A DNA stretch of 54,807 nucleotides, from the sequence record SRR22947725_419. One strand, written 5' to 3'. How positions within the stretch are numbered: the stretch's first letter is position 1; each line of letters opens with the position of its first letter. The notes below the pieces were generated by a model. It saw nothing but the letters and a program-made list of their open reading frames with translations. It was not told the DNA's origin and did no database searches. Position numbers and translations under genes: made by a program. Of this stretch, positions 1-10,902 are shown in pieces.

Positions 1-1
1 A

Positions 2-2614
2 CCTGATGTTGATAAAATTGATGGATTATCCCCTGTAATTGCTATAGAGCAAAAAACAACAGGAAAAAGTCCACGCTCAACCGTTGGAACGATAACGGAA
101 GTTTATGATTTTCTTCGTCTATTATTTGCACGTGCTTCAGATGCGTACAGCTACCAAACCAATGAGAAAATGGTGCAGTATACGGATGCTGAAATACAAG
201 AAACAATTTCAAAAAACTACCTAAATAAAAAAATTGTAATTCTAGCTCCTGTAGTTCAGTCTAGAAAAGGACATTATCGCGAACTATTTGCTTCTATTGC
301 CAAGCAAGGGTTTACTCGAGTAAGAACAGATGGCGATTTTGTAGAACTTACTCCAAACTTTAAAGTAGACCGATACAAAAACCATGACATTGAAATTGTA
401 ATTGACAGACTCGTTGTGAAAACGTCGAAAAGCGACAGCAAACGTCTTTCTGAAAGCATTGCTACGGCTATGTATCATGGCAATGACATGCTTATGGTAT
501 TTGATTATGAAAGCGAAGAAGTGCGCTTCTTTAGCCGTAAACTCATGTGTCCTACGTCAGGTGTATCATATGCAACACCCGAGCCAAATACATTTTCATT
601 TAATTCTCCAAAGGGAATGTGTCCGGCCTGCAATGGTCTGGGTCTTAAGCATGTGGTAAATCATCAAAAGCTTATACCTAACGATGCAATTTCCATAAAA
701 TCAGGAGGAATTATCCCTATAGGTACAGAGAAAAATAATTGGACCTTTAAGCAAATGGACAGTATCGCTCAACGGTATTCCTTTGCCTTAACTGACCCCA
801 TAAATAAGGTTCCTAAGGAAGCTATGGAGATTATTCTACATGGAGGTAAAGAACGCTTTTCAGTAGCGTCTAAAACGCTGGGGATTACCCGAGATTATAA
901 TATTGATTACGACGGAGTAATACCTTTTTTAGAGCATCAATACAACGAAGGACATACTAGTGCGCTTAAACGCTGGGCAAAAGGCTTTATGGACGAAATA
1001 TTATGTCCTGAATGCACAGGATCACGCCTTCGTAAAGAAGCGCAATTTTTTAAAATTGATTCAAAAAACATTGGTGAGCTTTCCGCACTTGATATTGCAC
1101 AATTGCATGAATGGATTAAAGCCGTACCAAGTAAATTAACAGAGAAGCAACATACCATTGCACACGAAGTACTCCTAGAAATAGAAAAAAGACTGCAATT
1201 CCTTCTAGATGTCGGCCTTGAGTATTTATCATTAAATCGCAAGGCTAAATCACTTTCGGGTGGAGAGGCACAACGTATTCGACTAGCCACACAAATTGGA
1301 GCGCAATTAGTAGGTGTGCTGTATGTTTTAGACGAACCAAGTATCGGATTACACCAACGTGATAATGAAAAACTCATTGAGTCTCTTTTGCAATTACGTG
1401 ATTTAGGGAATTCAGTTATTGTTGTAGAGCATGATAAAGACATTATGCAAAAAGCAGATTACTTAATTGATATGGGGCCTGGCGCTGGATGGCATGGAGG
1501 AACCGTAGTAGCCGCAGCAACTCCTGAAAAAATTAAAAAACTCAACTCCGATACTGCAAAGTATTTGACAGGTGAAAAACAAATTGAAATTCCTGAAAAA
1601 AGAAGAAAAGGAAACGGAGACACCTTACTTTTAAAAGGATGCACAGGAAACAATCTACAAAACCTTAGCCTTAAACTCCCTTTGGGTTCTATGATTGGCA
1701 TTACTGGGGTTTCGGGCAGTGGTAAATCTTCTCTTATAAGTGAAACGCTATATCCAATATTAAACCAGTACTTTTTTAAATCTGTAAATAAGCCACTCCC
1801 CTATGATTCCATTAAAGGATTAGAACACATTGATAAGGTAATCGACATTAACCAGTCACCTATTGGACGTACGCCGCGAAGTAACCCTGTAACCTATACA
1901 GGGGTTTTCAGCGAAATACGACAGCTTTTCACAAAGACGCCTGAGGCCATGATCCGAGGTTATAAACCTGGAAGATTTAGTTTTAACGTTAAAGGAGGCC
2001 GTTGTGAAACCTGTCAAGGAGCGGGTGTTAAAACCATCGAAATGAATTTTCTCCCCGATGTATATGTACAATGTGATGATTGCTATGGAAAGCGATTTAA
2101 TCGGGAAACACTCGAAATAAGGTATCGGAACAAAAGCATTAATGATGTCCTTGAAATGACGATCAATGATGCATGTAGATTCTTTGAACCCTACCCAAAA
2201 ATTTTTAGAAAGCTAAAAACCATTCAAGATGTAGGTTTGGGATACATTACACTAGGTCAACAGTCTACAACGTTATCTGGTGGCGAAGCACAACGAATTA
2301 AGCTTGCTACAGAGTTATCTAAACGCGATACAGGAAAAACTCTTTACATCTTAGATGAGCCTACCACAGGGCTCCATTTTGAAGATATCCGCGTGCTTAT
2401 GGGAGTATTAAACTCCTTAGTTGATAAAGGAAATACCATGATTGTTATTGAACATAACTTGGACGTAATCAAACAAATGGATTATATTGTAGACTTAGGA
2501 CCTGAAGGTGGCAACAAAGGGGGTACAATCTGTTGTACAGGAACTCCTGAAAAAATCGCTAAAAACAAGCAAAGCCACACAGCCCGTTTTTTACGTAAAG
2601 AATTAAATATATAA
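2..2614 (+). CDS. uvrA: Excinuclease ABC subunit A (5' end lies before the window)
   Basis: Frame is open from nt 2 (PDVDKIDGLSPVIAIEQK...PRSTVGTITEVYDFLRLLFAR). Zn-finger CxxC pairs, LSGGEAQRI twice, Walker A GVSGSGKS, LDEPS/LDEPT. Confidence 0.98.
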   Translation, partial: PDVDKIDGLSPVIAIEQKTTGKSPRSTVGTITEVYDFLRLLFARASDAYSYQTNEKMVQYTDAEIQETISKNYLNKKIVILAPVVQSRKGHYRELFASIAKQGFTRVRTDGDFVELTPNFKVDRYKNHDIEIVIDRLVVKTSKSDSKRLSESIATAMYHGNDMLMVFDYESEEVRFFSRKLMCPTSGVSYATPEPNTFSFNSPKGMCPACNGLGLKHVVNHQKLIPNDAISIKSGGIIPIGTEKNNWTFKQMDSIAQRYSFALTDPINKVPKEAMEIILHGGKERFSVASKTLGITRDYNIDYDGVIPFLEHQYNEGHTSALKRWAKGFMDEILCPECTGSRLRKEAQFFKIDSKNIGELSALDIAQLHEWIKAVPSKLTEKQHTIAHEVLLEIEKRLQFLLDVGLEYLSLNRKAKSLSGGEAQRIRLATQIGAQLVGVLYVLDEPSIGLHQRDNEKLIESLLQLRDLGNSVIVVEHDKDIMQKADYLIDMGPGAGWHGGTVVAAATPEKIKKLNSDTAKYLTGEKQIEIPEKRRKGNGDTLLLKGCTGNNLQNLSLKLPLGSMIGITGVSGSGKSSLISETLYPILNQYFFKSVNKPLPYDSIKGLEHIDKVIDINQSPIGRTPRSNPVTYTGVFSEIRQLFTKTPEAMIRGYKPGRFSFNVKGGRCETCQGAGVKTIEMNFLPDVYVQCDDCYGKRFNRETLEIRYRNKSINDVLEMTINDACRFFEPYPKIFRKLKTIQDVGLGYITLGQQSTTLSGGEAQRIKLATELSKRDTGKTLYILDEPTTGLHFEDIRVLMGVLNSLVDKGNTMIVIEHNLDVIKQMDYIVDLGPEGGNKGGTICCTGTPEKIAKNKQSHTARFLRKELNI

Positions 2615-2617
2615 ACT

Positions 2618-3292
2618 ATGGAGAAAAATTGGACAGAAATGAAATCGAGTAGCTCATGGTTACTTTTTAAAATCATGGGAGAGTTTGTAAATGGATTTGA
2701 GCAAATGGGCTTAATTGAACCCTGTGTTTCGATTTTCGGATCAGCACGTACCAAGCCGCATGAGCGCTACTATAAAGAGACAGTTGAAATTGCAGAAAAA
2801 ATCGTCAAACAAGGGTTTGGCGTTATAACAGGTGGAGGCCCTGGCCTTATGGAAGCAGCCAATAAAGGGGCGCAACAAGGAGGTGGTACATCTGTTGGGT
2901 TAAACATTCAATTGCCTTTTGAGCAAAAAGAAAATCCTTATATCGATAGCGATAAGCTTATCAACTTCGATTACTTTTTTGTGCGTAAAGTAATGTTTAT
3001 GAAGTATGCGCAGGCTTTTGTTGTTATGCCTGGTGGATTTGGTACACTCGATGAACTTTTTGAAGCATTAACATTAATTCAAACTGAAAAAATCACAAAG
3101 TTTCCCATTGTCTTATTTGGAACAGATTTTTGGTCTGGTATGATCGACTGGATTAAAAACACCTTGCTGAGTGACTATGCAAACATTAGTCCTGAAGACT
3201 TGGATTTAATTAAAATTGTAGACTCCGTAGATGAAGCTGTAGAACACGTACTTCAGTTTCACACCAATAATACGTTTTCGCCAAACTTCTAA
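2618..3292 (+). CDS. LOG family protein (TIGR00730 Rossmann-fold, nucleotide phosphoribohydrolase-like)
   Basis: TGGGPGLMEAAN, YFFVRKVMF and PGGFGTLDE motifs. Confidence 0.93.
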   Translation: MEKNWTEMKSSSSWLLFKIMGEFVNGFEQMGLIEPCVSIFGSARTKPHERYYKETVEIAEKIVKQGFGVITGGGPGLMEAANKGAQQGGGTSVGLNIQLPFEQKENPYIDSDKLINFDYFFVRKVMFMKYAQAFVVMPGGFGTLDELFEALTLIQTEKITKFPIVLFGTDFWSGMIDWIKNTLLSDYANISPEDLDLIKIVDSVDEAVEHVLQFHTNNTFSPNF

Positions 3293-6034
3293 ATGCAGCG
3301 ACTCCTTTCCTTCTTTTTTACTGTATTTACGTACTCCGTTATTGCTCAAAACGAGTACACTATTGATTTGCAATGGGATAAGGAAGAAAACCCCATGCAA
3401 ATTAGTCAGTCCGTTACATGGACAAATAATAGCACAAAATCCCAATCGAAAATATACCTGTTGGATTGGAACCACGCCTATTCATCTGAAAAGAGTCCTT
3501 TAGGGCTTTTCCTGGCAAATGAGTTTGATTATAAAATCATACGAGCAAATAAAAAAATGCGGGGATCAACACAACTCACGAGTATAGCGCACAATAATCG
3601 TGCGTTATCATGGAAACGCATGACCAACCAATTGGATGTCATTGAAATATCCTTCCCTAAAGCCATCGTCCCAAATGCTTCTGTATCTTTTTCTATTGAA
3701 TATGCCGTAAACCTCCCCGATGCAGCGATCTTTAATTATGGAAAAGGAAATAATAGTGTTCATGCGCAACAATGGCATCTAATTCTTGCTACACTTAATA
3801 GAGATGGCAGTTGGAATCTTGATAGTAATTTAGGTGTTGACCCTCCAAGGACTCCCCAAGTAAAAACCACATACACCATTTCACTGCCAAAAACGTATAG
3901 TCTGGTTTCACCAGGCATTAAAACTGAATCTGTTGCTCCTTTAATTGCAGAAAAAGATAAAAAGTTCACGAGTGTTCCCTTTGGTGATGGGACGCTGATT
4001 ACTGATATGCTACCCAAAGAAAAACCAACTCCAGAACTTGAAATAACTTTGGATGAAATGGCTGAATTTATCAGCAGTTATTTTCCGTCTATATCCAATA
4101 CGCTGCTTCTAGCTTCTGAAAAAGACTACGCGCAAAGGCCTATTCTGGGATTGGAAACACTTCCTACATTCGTAGGTGCCTTTAGTTCGATTCAACGTAC
4201 AGAACTTCCATTGCTAAAAATCCTTCTTGACCAGTGTGTTCTTAATTTTCATCAAACCCAAAAAGAGGGGTCTTCATGGGTTTTAGAGGGTATTTCTATA
4301 TACTTATGGAATCAATATGTTAATGCTAAATACCCAAATTTAAAAATGACGGGGAGGCTTAACGAGTGGCCTATTATCAAGAATTACAATTTTACGCAAG
4401 CACCTTTTTATCGTCTATGGGAAATTTCAGCAAATATTTCAGCAAACAAAAATAGAGGTCAAGAATTATCTCAACCAAATAATAAACTAACACGGTACAA
4501 CAGAAAAGTAGCAAATCCTAGTAGAGCAGGCCTTGCCCTACTCTATTTAGATGCCTATTTAGAAGTTGGGGTACTCAACCAAGTTATAAAAACCCTACCG
4601 CAAAGCGAACGTATTGACATGGTGTTAAGGGAAAAACTTTCAGAAAGCACAGACAAACCTATAGATTGGTTTTTTGAGCATTACATTAAGCAACGAAACA
4701 ATGGTGACTTGGTGGTAACTGGAAAGAAAATTGATGCGCAAACCCATCAAATTGCTGTCAAAAGCTCGTTTTCAAATACGGCAATACCAATCAGTCAAAC
4801 AGATTATTCAGGAAATGTTGATACCCAATGGATCTCTTCAAATCAACTGCCATATACCATAGAACTTAATAGTGAAAATATTAAGGCAGTAACCATAAAT
4901 CAAAACCATTTGATTCCTGAGCAAAGTTTAAGTAACAATACCTGCCGACTTGATAGACAGTTGTTTCGTAACAACTTGCGCTTACGGTTATTCCAAGATA
5001 TTGCAAAGAGCGGAACCGCTATTCTTCTAGTAACACCGGAATTTAGTTACAATCTTTACGATGGTTTGCTGGGAGGAATTTCAGTTGGTAACAGCAGTAT
5101 TTTAGGAAACACTTTTTTGTTTAAAATAAGTCCAAAATACGGCATTAAAAGTGGTAAAATGAATGGGAACGCAACATTAATTGCAAACGTATTTCACTAT
5201 AAAAAATCACATTATCTTACCCGATTTACACTCTCTGGGCATTCGTATCATTTTGCGCCAAAGAAACGATACACTTCGTTTACACCATCAGTACAATTTT
5301 TTTATCGACCAAAAGGGATTTTCAACAAGCACCGTTCATATTTTTTATTGCGTCACGTGTCTGTAGGACTTCAAAGCCTTGAAGAAAATGAAAATATACG
5401 AAGTTATGGTGTCAGTTTGGCCTCGTTTCAATCCAGAATGGGTAATGCGCTTAGTAACACATATTATAAAACAGAAATCCAACGTGCTAAAAACTTTGCC
5501 AAAGCAAGTATCGAAGCACAATATATTGCGTATTACCTTCCCAACAGACGTTGGACCATGCGTCTTTTCGCAGGTGGTTTTTTAATAAATAATTTAAAGT
5601 CAGACTCCTATTTTGACATTAATGCCTCTCGGGTAAATGATTACCTCTTTCAGTATGATTTATATGGCCGTTCTGAAATTGAAGGCCTCTTTAGCCAACA
5701 ATACATAAAGGCTGAGGGCGGATTGCGAACAACAGGGTCAGTTACAAGTGCTAATCAATGGTTAGCTACCGCACAAGCGTCCACAACCATCTGGAGATGG
5801 TTTGAAGGATACGCTGAATTAGGTTATATAAAAAACAGGGATCAGCGTGCAGCTACGCATTGGGGAACAGGCGTAACCCTAAATATAGTACCAGATTTTT
5901 TTGAAATACACTTTCCGTTCTATGATTCTACTGGAAACCTTCTTAAAAACAATGCATATCCAAGTCAAATTCGATTTCAATTATCGCTAAGCCCAACTAC
6001 TCTTTTTCGACTATTCTCTAGAAGTTGGTTTTAA
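3293..6034 (+). CDS. Secreted M1-aminopeptidase-like protein with probable C-terminal beta-barrel; HExxH absent
   Basis: Signal peptide (VIA|Q). WVLEGISIY resembles M1 WLNEGFATY; IDWFFEHYI resembles the M1 C-terminal helix. Aromatic, strand-like C-terminal half. Confidence 0.6.
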   Translation: MQRLLSFFFTVFTYSVIAQNEYTIDLQWDKEENPMQISQSVTWTNNSTKSQSKIYLLDWNHAYSSEKSPLGLFLANEFDYKIIRANKKMRGSTQLTSIAHNNRALSWKRMTNQLDVIEISFPKAIVPNASVSFSIEYAVNLPDAAIFNYGKGNNSVHAQQWHLILATLNRDGSWNLDSNLGVDPPRTPQVKTTYTISLPKTYSLVSPGIKTESVAPLIAEKDKKFTSVPFGDGTLITDMLPKEKPTPELEITLDEMAEFISSYFPSISNTLLLASEKDYAQRPILGLETLPTFVGAFSSIQRTELPLLKILLDQCVLNFHQTQKEGSSWVLEGISIYLWNQYVNAKYPNLKMTGRLNEWPIIKNYNFTQAPFYRLWEISANISANKNRGQELSQPNNKLTRYNRKVANPSRAGLALLYLDAYLEVGVLNQVIKTLPQSERIDMVLREKLSESTDKPIDWFFEHYIKQRNNGDLVVTGKKIDAQTHQIAVKSSFSNTAIPISQTDYSGNVDTQWISSNQLPYTIELNSENIKAVTINQNHLIPEQSLSNNTCRLDRQLFRNNLRLRLFQDIAKSGTAILLVTPEFSYNLYDGLLGGISVGNSSILGNTFLFKISPKYGIKSGKMNGNATLIANVFHYKKSHYLTRFTLSGHSYHFAPKKRYTSFTPSVQFFYRPKGIFNKHRSYFLLRHVSVGLQSLEENENIRSYGVSLASFQSRMGNALSNTYYKTEIQRAKNFAKASIEAQYIAYYLPNRRWTMRLFAGGFLINNLKSDSYFDINASRVNDYLFQYDLYGRSEIEGLFSQQYIKAEGGLRTTGSVTSANQWLATAQASTTIWRWFEGYAELGYIKNRDQRAATHWGTGVTLNIVPDFFEIHFPFYDSTGNLLKNNAYPSQIRFQLSLSPTTLFRLFSRSWF

Positions 6035-6059
6035 CAAAACTCCTTACGTTGGTTTTTTG

Positions 6060-6067
6060 TAAATTTG
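6060..6067 (+). promoter_or_regulatory. Bacteroidota -7 promoter element TAAATTTG
   Basis: Exact TAnnTTTG, 9 nt before ATG 6077. Confidence 0.6.
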
Positions 6068-6076
6068 CAAGGCTTT

Positions 6077-8482
6077 ATGAAAAACGTTAACCTCGCCTCT
6101 TCCAAAGGCACCTTTGAAGATTTTAAACGAGACGTTCTCAACGATTTTCACGTTGCTTCACTTAGCCGTCAGGTAAGTATTTTGGGACGTAAGGAAGTTC
6201 TCTCTGGAAAAGGAAAATTTGGCATTTTTGGTGATGGGAAAGAATTGGCGCAAATTGCGATGGCCAAAGTTTTTCAAAATGGTGATTTTCGTTCGGGTTA
6301 CTACCGCGACCAAACCTTTATGATGGCCATTGGAGCACTAAAGCCAAAACATGTTTTTGCTAGTGTTTATGGACATGCAGATCCCATTGCGGAGCCCATG
6401 TCATCTGGAAGACAGATGGTAGGCCATTTTAATACCGATACACTTGATGCGGATGGAAATTTAATTTCGTTGACGAAAACTAAAAATTCATATTCTGATG
6501 TGTCGTCTACAGCTGCTCAAATGCCACGATTATTAGGACTGGCACATGCCTCAAAACTATTCAGAAAAGTAGACACCATGCAAGATGATCGCCTTTCCGA
6601 GAATGGAAACGAAGTAGCATGGGGCACGATAGGAAACGCAAGTACCAGTGAAGGTCATTTCTTTGAAACACTAAATGCAGCCGGCGTATTACAGGTTCCT
6701 CTTGTAGTGAGTGTTTGGGATGATGGCTATGGAATATCTGTTGACAATAGCTTCCAAACGGTTAAAGAAAGTATTTCTGAAGCCATGTCGGGAATGCAAC
6801 GTGATGCAAACACCAAAGGGATCGAAATCATGACGGTTAACGGATGGAATTACTCAGAACTAATAGCAACTTACACCCAAGCTAGTGCATTGGCTCGTAC
6901 CCAACATGTCCCTGTGCTAATCCATGTAAAAGAACTTACGCAACCCCTTGGACATTCTACCTCAGGTTCACACGAAAGATATAAATCGGAAGAACGCCTA
7001 AGCTGGGAGCAAGAATATGACTGTAATCGAACATTTCGAAAATGGATCATTGAACAGCAAATCGCAACAGAAAAAGAGTTAGTAGCGCTTGAAGAAAAAG
7101 CTGCTGAGAAAGCAAAAGAGGCGAAAAGCGCTGCATGGACAGCTTATCTGGCTCCAATAAAGAACGAGCAACAAGAAGCTAAGGCTCTTGTTGATGCATT
7201 GGCAGAAGCACATACAGACATTTCCTTTTCAAAGCTTCAAACATCTTTAGCCAAACCAAGCAATGCATACCGTAAGTATGTGTATGTAGCCGTTCGAAAA
7301 GCCCTTATGCTTACTAGAGGCAGCACCTCCAATTCACGTAAAACACTTTCGGATTGGTGGGACGAAAAATTTAAAAGCACGGGGAAATTATACAGCGATT
7401 CACTGTATAACGAATCCGAAAACTCTTCCTTAAACATAGCTACTGTTCCTGCAAAATTCAATACCGAGCCCGCTCTTGTGGATGGTCGTGTGGTGTTGCG
7501 AAATAATTTTAAGGCACTGCTAGAAAAACATCCAAAAATGCTTGTCTTTGGAGAAGATAGTGGAAAAATTGGCGATGTCAATCAAGGGCTGGAAGGGTTA
7601 CAAGAAGTTTTTGGATCAGACCGAGTCGCTGACCGTGGTATTCGAGAGGCTACCATCATTGGCGAAGGAATTGGCATGGCTTTTCGTGGATTGCGTCCGA
7701 TTGCTGAAATACAATACCTCGATTATGTCTTGTATGCCTTGCAACTCATGAGTGATGATTTGGCATCCTTACATTACCGTACAAGAGGAAAACAACGCGC
7801 ACCGCTAATTATCAGAACTCGAGGACACCGTTTAGAGGGCATCTGGCATTCAGGCTCTCCCATGGGTGGTTTGGTCAGTCTATTACGAGGGATGTTTATT
7901 TTGGTACCGCGAAACCTTACACAAGCAGCCGGGATGTATAACACCTTGTTGCAAGGGCAAGACCCTGCACTGGTTATTGAACCCCTAAACGGCTACCGAT
8001 TAAAAGAAAAACTTCCAGAAAATCTTGGAACATTTACCATTCCACTCGGAGTTGCCGAGCAACTAACTACGGGAACGGATATTACTGTTGTTTCGTACGG
8101 CTCTACCCTACGCTTGGCACAAACAGCAGCAGAAACGTTGCTTACATTGGGGATAAGTGCAGAGATTATTGATGTGCAATCGCTTATTCCATTTGATAGC
8201 ACCAAGGTTATTGGTGCAAGTGTTCAAAAAACAAACCGTTTGCTTGTTGTTGATGAGGATGTTCCTGGAGGTGGCTCTGGATATATCCTTAGTCAGTTGT
8301 TGGAACACCAAGATTTGTATCAATACCTAGACAGTAAACCAAGTTTGTTAACAGCAAAAGCACATCGTCCTGCTTATGGTACAGATGGTGATTACTTCTC
8401 TAAACCTTCTGTTGAAGATATCGTAGAACGTGTATATGGTATTATGCACGAGGCAAAACCCAACCAGTTTCCAGCGCTTTAA
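6077..8482 (+). CDS. 2-oxoacid (probably branched-chain) dehydrogenase E1, fused alpha/beta subunit
   Basis: SGYYRDQ, TPP site GNASTSEG...WDD, GHSTS, FGEDSG, PIAEIQYLDY, transketolase C-terminal domain. ATG 6077 preferred over TTG 6065 because the TTG lies inside the promoter motif. Confidence 0.88.
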   Translation: MKNVNLASSKGTFEDFKRDVLNDFHVASLSRQVSILGRKEVLSGKGKFGIFGDGKELAQIAMAKVFQNGDFRSGYYRDQTFMMAIGALKPKHVFASVYGHADPIAEPMSSGRQMVGHFNTDTLDADGNLISLTKTKNSYSDVSSTAAQMPRLLGLAHASKLFRKVDTMQDDRLSENGNEVAWGTIGNASTSEGHFFETLNAAGVLQVPLVVSVWDDGYGISVDNSFQTVKESISEAMSGMQRDANTKGIEIMTVNGWNYSELIATYTQASALARTQHVPVLIHVKELTQPLGHSTSGSHERYKSEERLSWEQEYDCNRTFRKWIIEQQIATEKELVALEEKAAEKAKEAKSAAWTAYLAPIKNEQQEAKALVDALAEAHTDISFSKLQTSLAKPSNAYRKYVYVAVRKALMLTRGSTSNSRKTLSDWWDEKFKSTGKLYSDSLYNESENSSLNIATVPAKFNTEPALVDGRVVLRNNFKALLEKHPKMLVFGEDSGKIGDVNQGLEGLQEVFGSDRVADRGIREATIIGEGIGMAFRGLRPIAEIQYLDYVLYALQLMSDDLASLHYRTRGKQRAPLIIRTRGHRLEGIWHSGSPMGGLVSLLRGMFILVPRNLTQAAGMYNTLLQGQDPALVIEPLNGYRLKEKLPENLGTFTIPLGVAEQLTTGTDITVVSYGSTLRLAQTAAETLLTLGISAEIIDVQSLIPFDSTKVIGASVQKTNRLLVVDEDVPGGGSGYILSQLLEHQDLYQYLDSKPSLLTAKAHRPAYGTDGDYFSKPSVEDIVERVYGIMHEAKPNQFPAL

Positions 8483-9480
8483 GTAATCTTACTTAGGAGT
8501 TGCTGTAGCGCTTCACTTTCAGACATCGGAACGGCATTTACCCCTTTGGCAGCCAGATCAGCTTCTTTAATGGTCCCTAGTATTGGCACAATTGCTTTAA
8601 GTGGATAGCGTCTTGCTGCTTGTTCAATTTCACGAACAAAAAACGGATTAATTCCTAACGCCTTTGCTACGGCATCGGGGTTTTGAGAAGGTAATCCATG
8701 ATAGGTTAGCAACTGCATAAAAAACTTGTACAAGCTATTAATTGTTCCCAAAAGAGGATGTTGTTTTGGATGCAAACCAAAGAAATGCACAATTTTAAAG
8801 GCCTGTGCAGTATTCCCAACTCCCAAAGCCTTGCGTAATTCAAAGTTATTGTACTCCTTACTGATACCCACATGCATTTCTACATGATCTGGCGAAATAG
8901 AAGCCCCTTCGGGCACTATAAGGCACAATTTGGTGAGTTGGTTGTGTAGTGCGCCTAAATCTGCCCCTACGCTCTCTGCCAGTACCGCAGCTGCCTTGTA
9001 GTCGATACTACGCTGCATCCCGCGCACTTGTTCTTCAATCCAAGCGGGTAGTTTATTGTCGTAAAGTTTTTTGTTTTCTACAATGATGCCACTTTTTTGA
9101 ATGGCTTTATAGAGCTTCTTTCGCTTGTCTAACTTCTTATTTTTATAACACAACGCCAAGATGGTGGTGGGTTGCAGTTGCTCGGCATAAGCGGTAAGCT
9201 GATCGAGTGTTCTGCTTAGTTCATGGGCTTCGCGCACTACTACAAGTTGGTAGTCGGCCATCATCGGGAAACGCTTACATACCGATACAATTTCATCGAT
9301 TGAGGTGTCTTTGCCGTACAGGATGGTTTGATTAAAATCACGTTGGTCTTCGGGAAGGACAGTTTCGATCAATAACTTGCTTAATGCATCGATAAAAAAC
9401 GGCTCATCACCCATAAAAAAATAGATGGGAGAAAACTTTCGTTGCGAAATGGACGCCTTTACGGCAGCAAATGTGTTCAA
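8479..9480 (-). CDS. holA: DNA polymerase III subunit delta
   Basis: PIYFFMGDEPFFID, DFNQTILYGKD, RFPMMADYQLVVVREA, GISKEYNNFEL. Probable start is TTG at 9480; the ORF-track extension overlaps the divergent gene. Confidence 0.92.
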   Translation of the reverse strand: MNTFAAVKASISQRKFSPIYFFMGDEPFFIDALSKLLIETVLPEDQRDFNQTILYGKDTSIDEIVSVCKRFPMMADYQLVVVREAHELSRTLDQLTAYAEQLQPTTILALCYKNKKLDKRKKLYKAIQKSGIIVENKKLYDNKLPAWIEEQVRGMQRSIDYKAAAVLAESVGADLGALHNQLTKLCLIVPEGASISPDHVEMHVGISKEYNNFELRKALGVGNTAQAFKIVHFFGLHPKQHPLLGTINSLYKFFMQLLTYHGLPSQNPDAVAKALGINPFFVREIEQAARRYPLKAIVPILGTIKEADLAAKGVNAVPMSESEALQQLLSKIT

Positions 9481-9508
9481 TGAAAAATAATTTAGCACTT
9501 TTGTGGTT

Positions 9509-9958
9509 ATGCAAGCATTGGCATTTCCACCGTTTGGCTTTAAAACCAAAAGTAGCGAAAACAAACGCTATATTTTTGACGTAATACGAAAAAAGTTTGT
9601 GTTGCTTACCCCCGAGGAATGGGTGCGCCAACATGTGCTAAGCGACTTGATAGATAAAGGAATTAGTAAAACACGGCTAAGTGTTGAAAAACAATTTGAG
9701 GTAATGGGGCAGAAAAAGCGCTTTGATGTGGTGGTGGCAGGAAAAAATGCTAGTATTGCACTACTTGTAGAATGCAAAGCACCAACAGTACCCATCACCC
9801 AAGCGACCTTTGATCAAATTGCACGCTATCAATTGGCACTTAATGCTACCTATTTAATGCTTACCAACGGCATGCAGCATTTCTATTGCCAAATAGATCG
9901 TGAAAAGAAAGCGTATCAGTTTATTGAGCACCTTCCCCTAAAAGAACTGGAACTGTGA
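9509..9958 (+). CDS. Stand-alone type I restriction enzyme HsdR N-terminal domain protein (HSDR_N_2-like)
   Basis: IFDVIRKKFVLLTPEEWVRQ, RFDVVV, VECKAP, QIARY, LTNG (PD-(D/E)xK fold). Confidence 0.85.
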   Translation: MQALAFPPFGFKTKSSENKRYIFDVIRKKFVLLTPEEWVRQHVLSDLIDKGISKTRLSVEKQFEVMGQKKRFDVVVAGKNASIALLVECKAPTVPITQATFDQIARYQLALNATYLMLTNGMQHFYCQIDREKKAYQFIEHLPLKELEL

Positions 9959-10902
9959 CCCTAGCCATTGCCATATTGAATTATAACGGGGCTTCGCTGT
10001 TAGAACGCTTTTTACCAAGTGTTATCGCACATACACCCAATTCACAACTTGTTGTTATTGATAACGGCTCTACAGACAATTCCATAGAAATACTTAAGCA
10101 GTTCCCGAGTGTGCGCTGTATTGCATTGGAGCATAATATGGGCTACTCCAAAGGATATAATGAAGGGATTGCACAAATTGATGCTGAGCTTATTTGCTTG
10201 CTTAATTCCGATGTAGAAGTGGGTCCCAATTGGGCGACTACCATGGTCGACTTCTTTAAATTCCATCCGTTAGCGGCTTTTGCACAACCTAAAATTAAAG
10301 ATTTAAACAATCCTGAATATTTTGAATATGCAGGGGCAGCCGGAGGCTTTGTCGATTTTATGGGACTCCCCTATTGCCGCGGACGTGTTGGCAGGCATTG
10401 CGACAAGGATGTGGGGCAGTTTAACGACACCGTCCCTGTAACTTGGGCTAGCGGTGCTTGTTTGTTTGTACGCAAACCCGTGTTTGAAGCCCTTGGAGGC
10501 TTTGATGCATCGTTCTTTATGCACTTTGAAGAAATTGATTTGTGTCTGCGCGCACAGGCCGTTGGTCATCAGGTTTGGGCGGTTGGTACGAGTGAAGTCT
10601 TGCATTTGGGTGGCGGTAGCTTGGCAACCGATAACCCAAAGAAACTCTTTTACAACATTCGCAACTCACTGATTACTTATACCAAAACCCTACCCTTGCT
10701 TCCCTTGCTGGGGGTGTATGTCGCACGTGCTACCTTTGACACTTCGCTGGTACTGTTTTATATGGTACAACTTAAGTTTGACCATGTCCGTGCTATTATG
10801 GGCGCTTACGATTCATTTCTAAATCGATTTAGTACCATTTACAAAAGCCGTACTTCACTTCGTAATCCCTTACGATTCTTTAGTGTGTTGTTTAAGGGGT
10901 AA
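9955..10902 (+). CDS. Glycosyltransferase family 2 (rhamnosyltransferase-like)
   Basis: ILNYNG, IDNGSTD, LLNSD, WASGACL, FFMHFEEIDLC, VLHLGG. Confidence 0.92.
   Translation: MTLAIAILNYNGASLLERFLPSVIAHTPNSQLVVIDNGSTDNSIEILKQFPSVRCIALEHNMGYSKGYNEGIAQIDAELICLLNSDVEVGPNWATTMVDFFKFHPLAAFAQPKIKDLNNPEYFEYAGAAGGFVDFMGLPYCRGRVGRHCDKDVGQFNDTVPVTWASGACLFVRKPVFEALGGFDASFFMHFEEIDLCLRAQAVGHQVWAVGTSEVLHLGGGSLATDNPKKLFYNIRNSLITYTKTLPLLPLLGVYVARATFDTSLVLFYMVQLKFDHVRAIMGAYDSFLNRFSTIYKSRTSLRNPLRFFSVLFKG

Noticed and set aside
9509-9958. Type I restriction-modification or defence system
   Set aside because: Only a small HsdR N-terminal domain is present, with no hsdM, hsdS or helicase. I recall this gene as a routine neighbour of holA in Bacteroidota.
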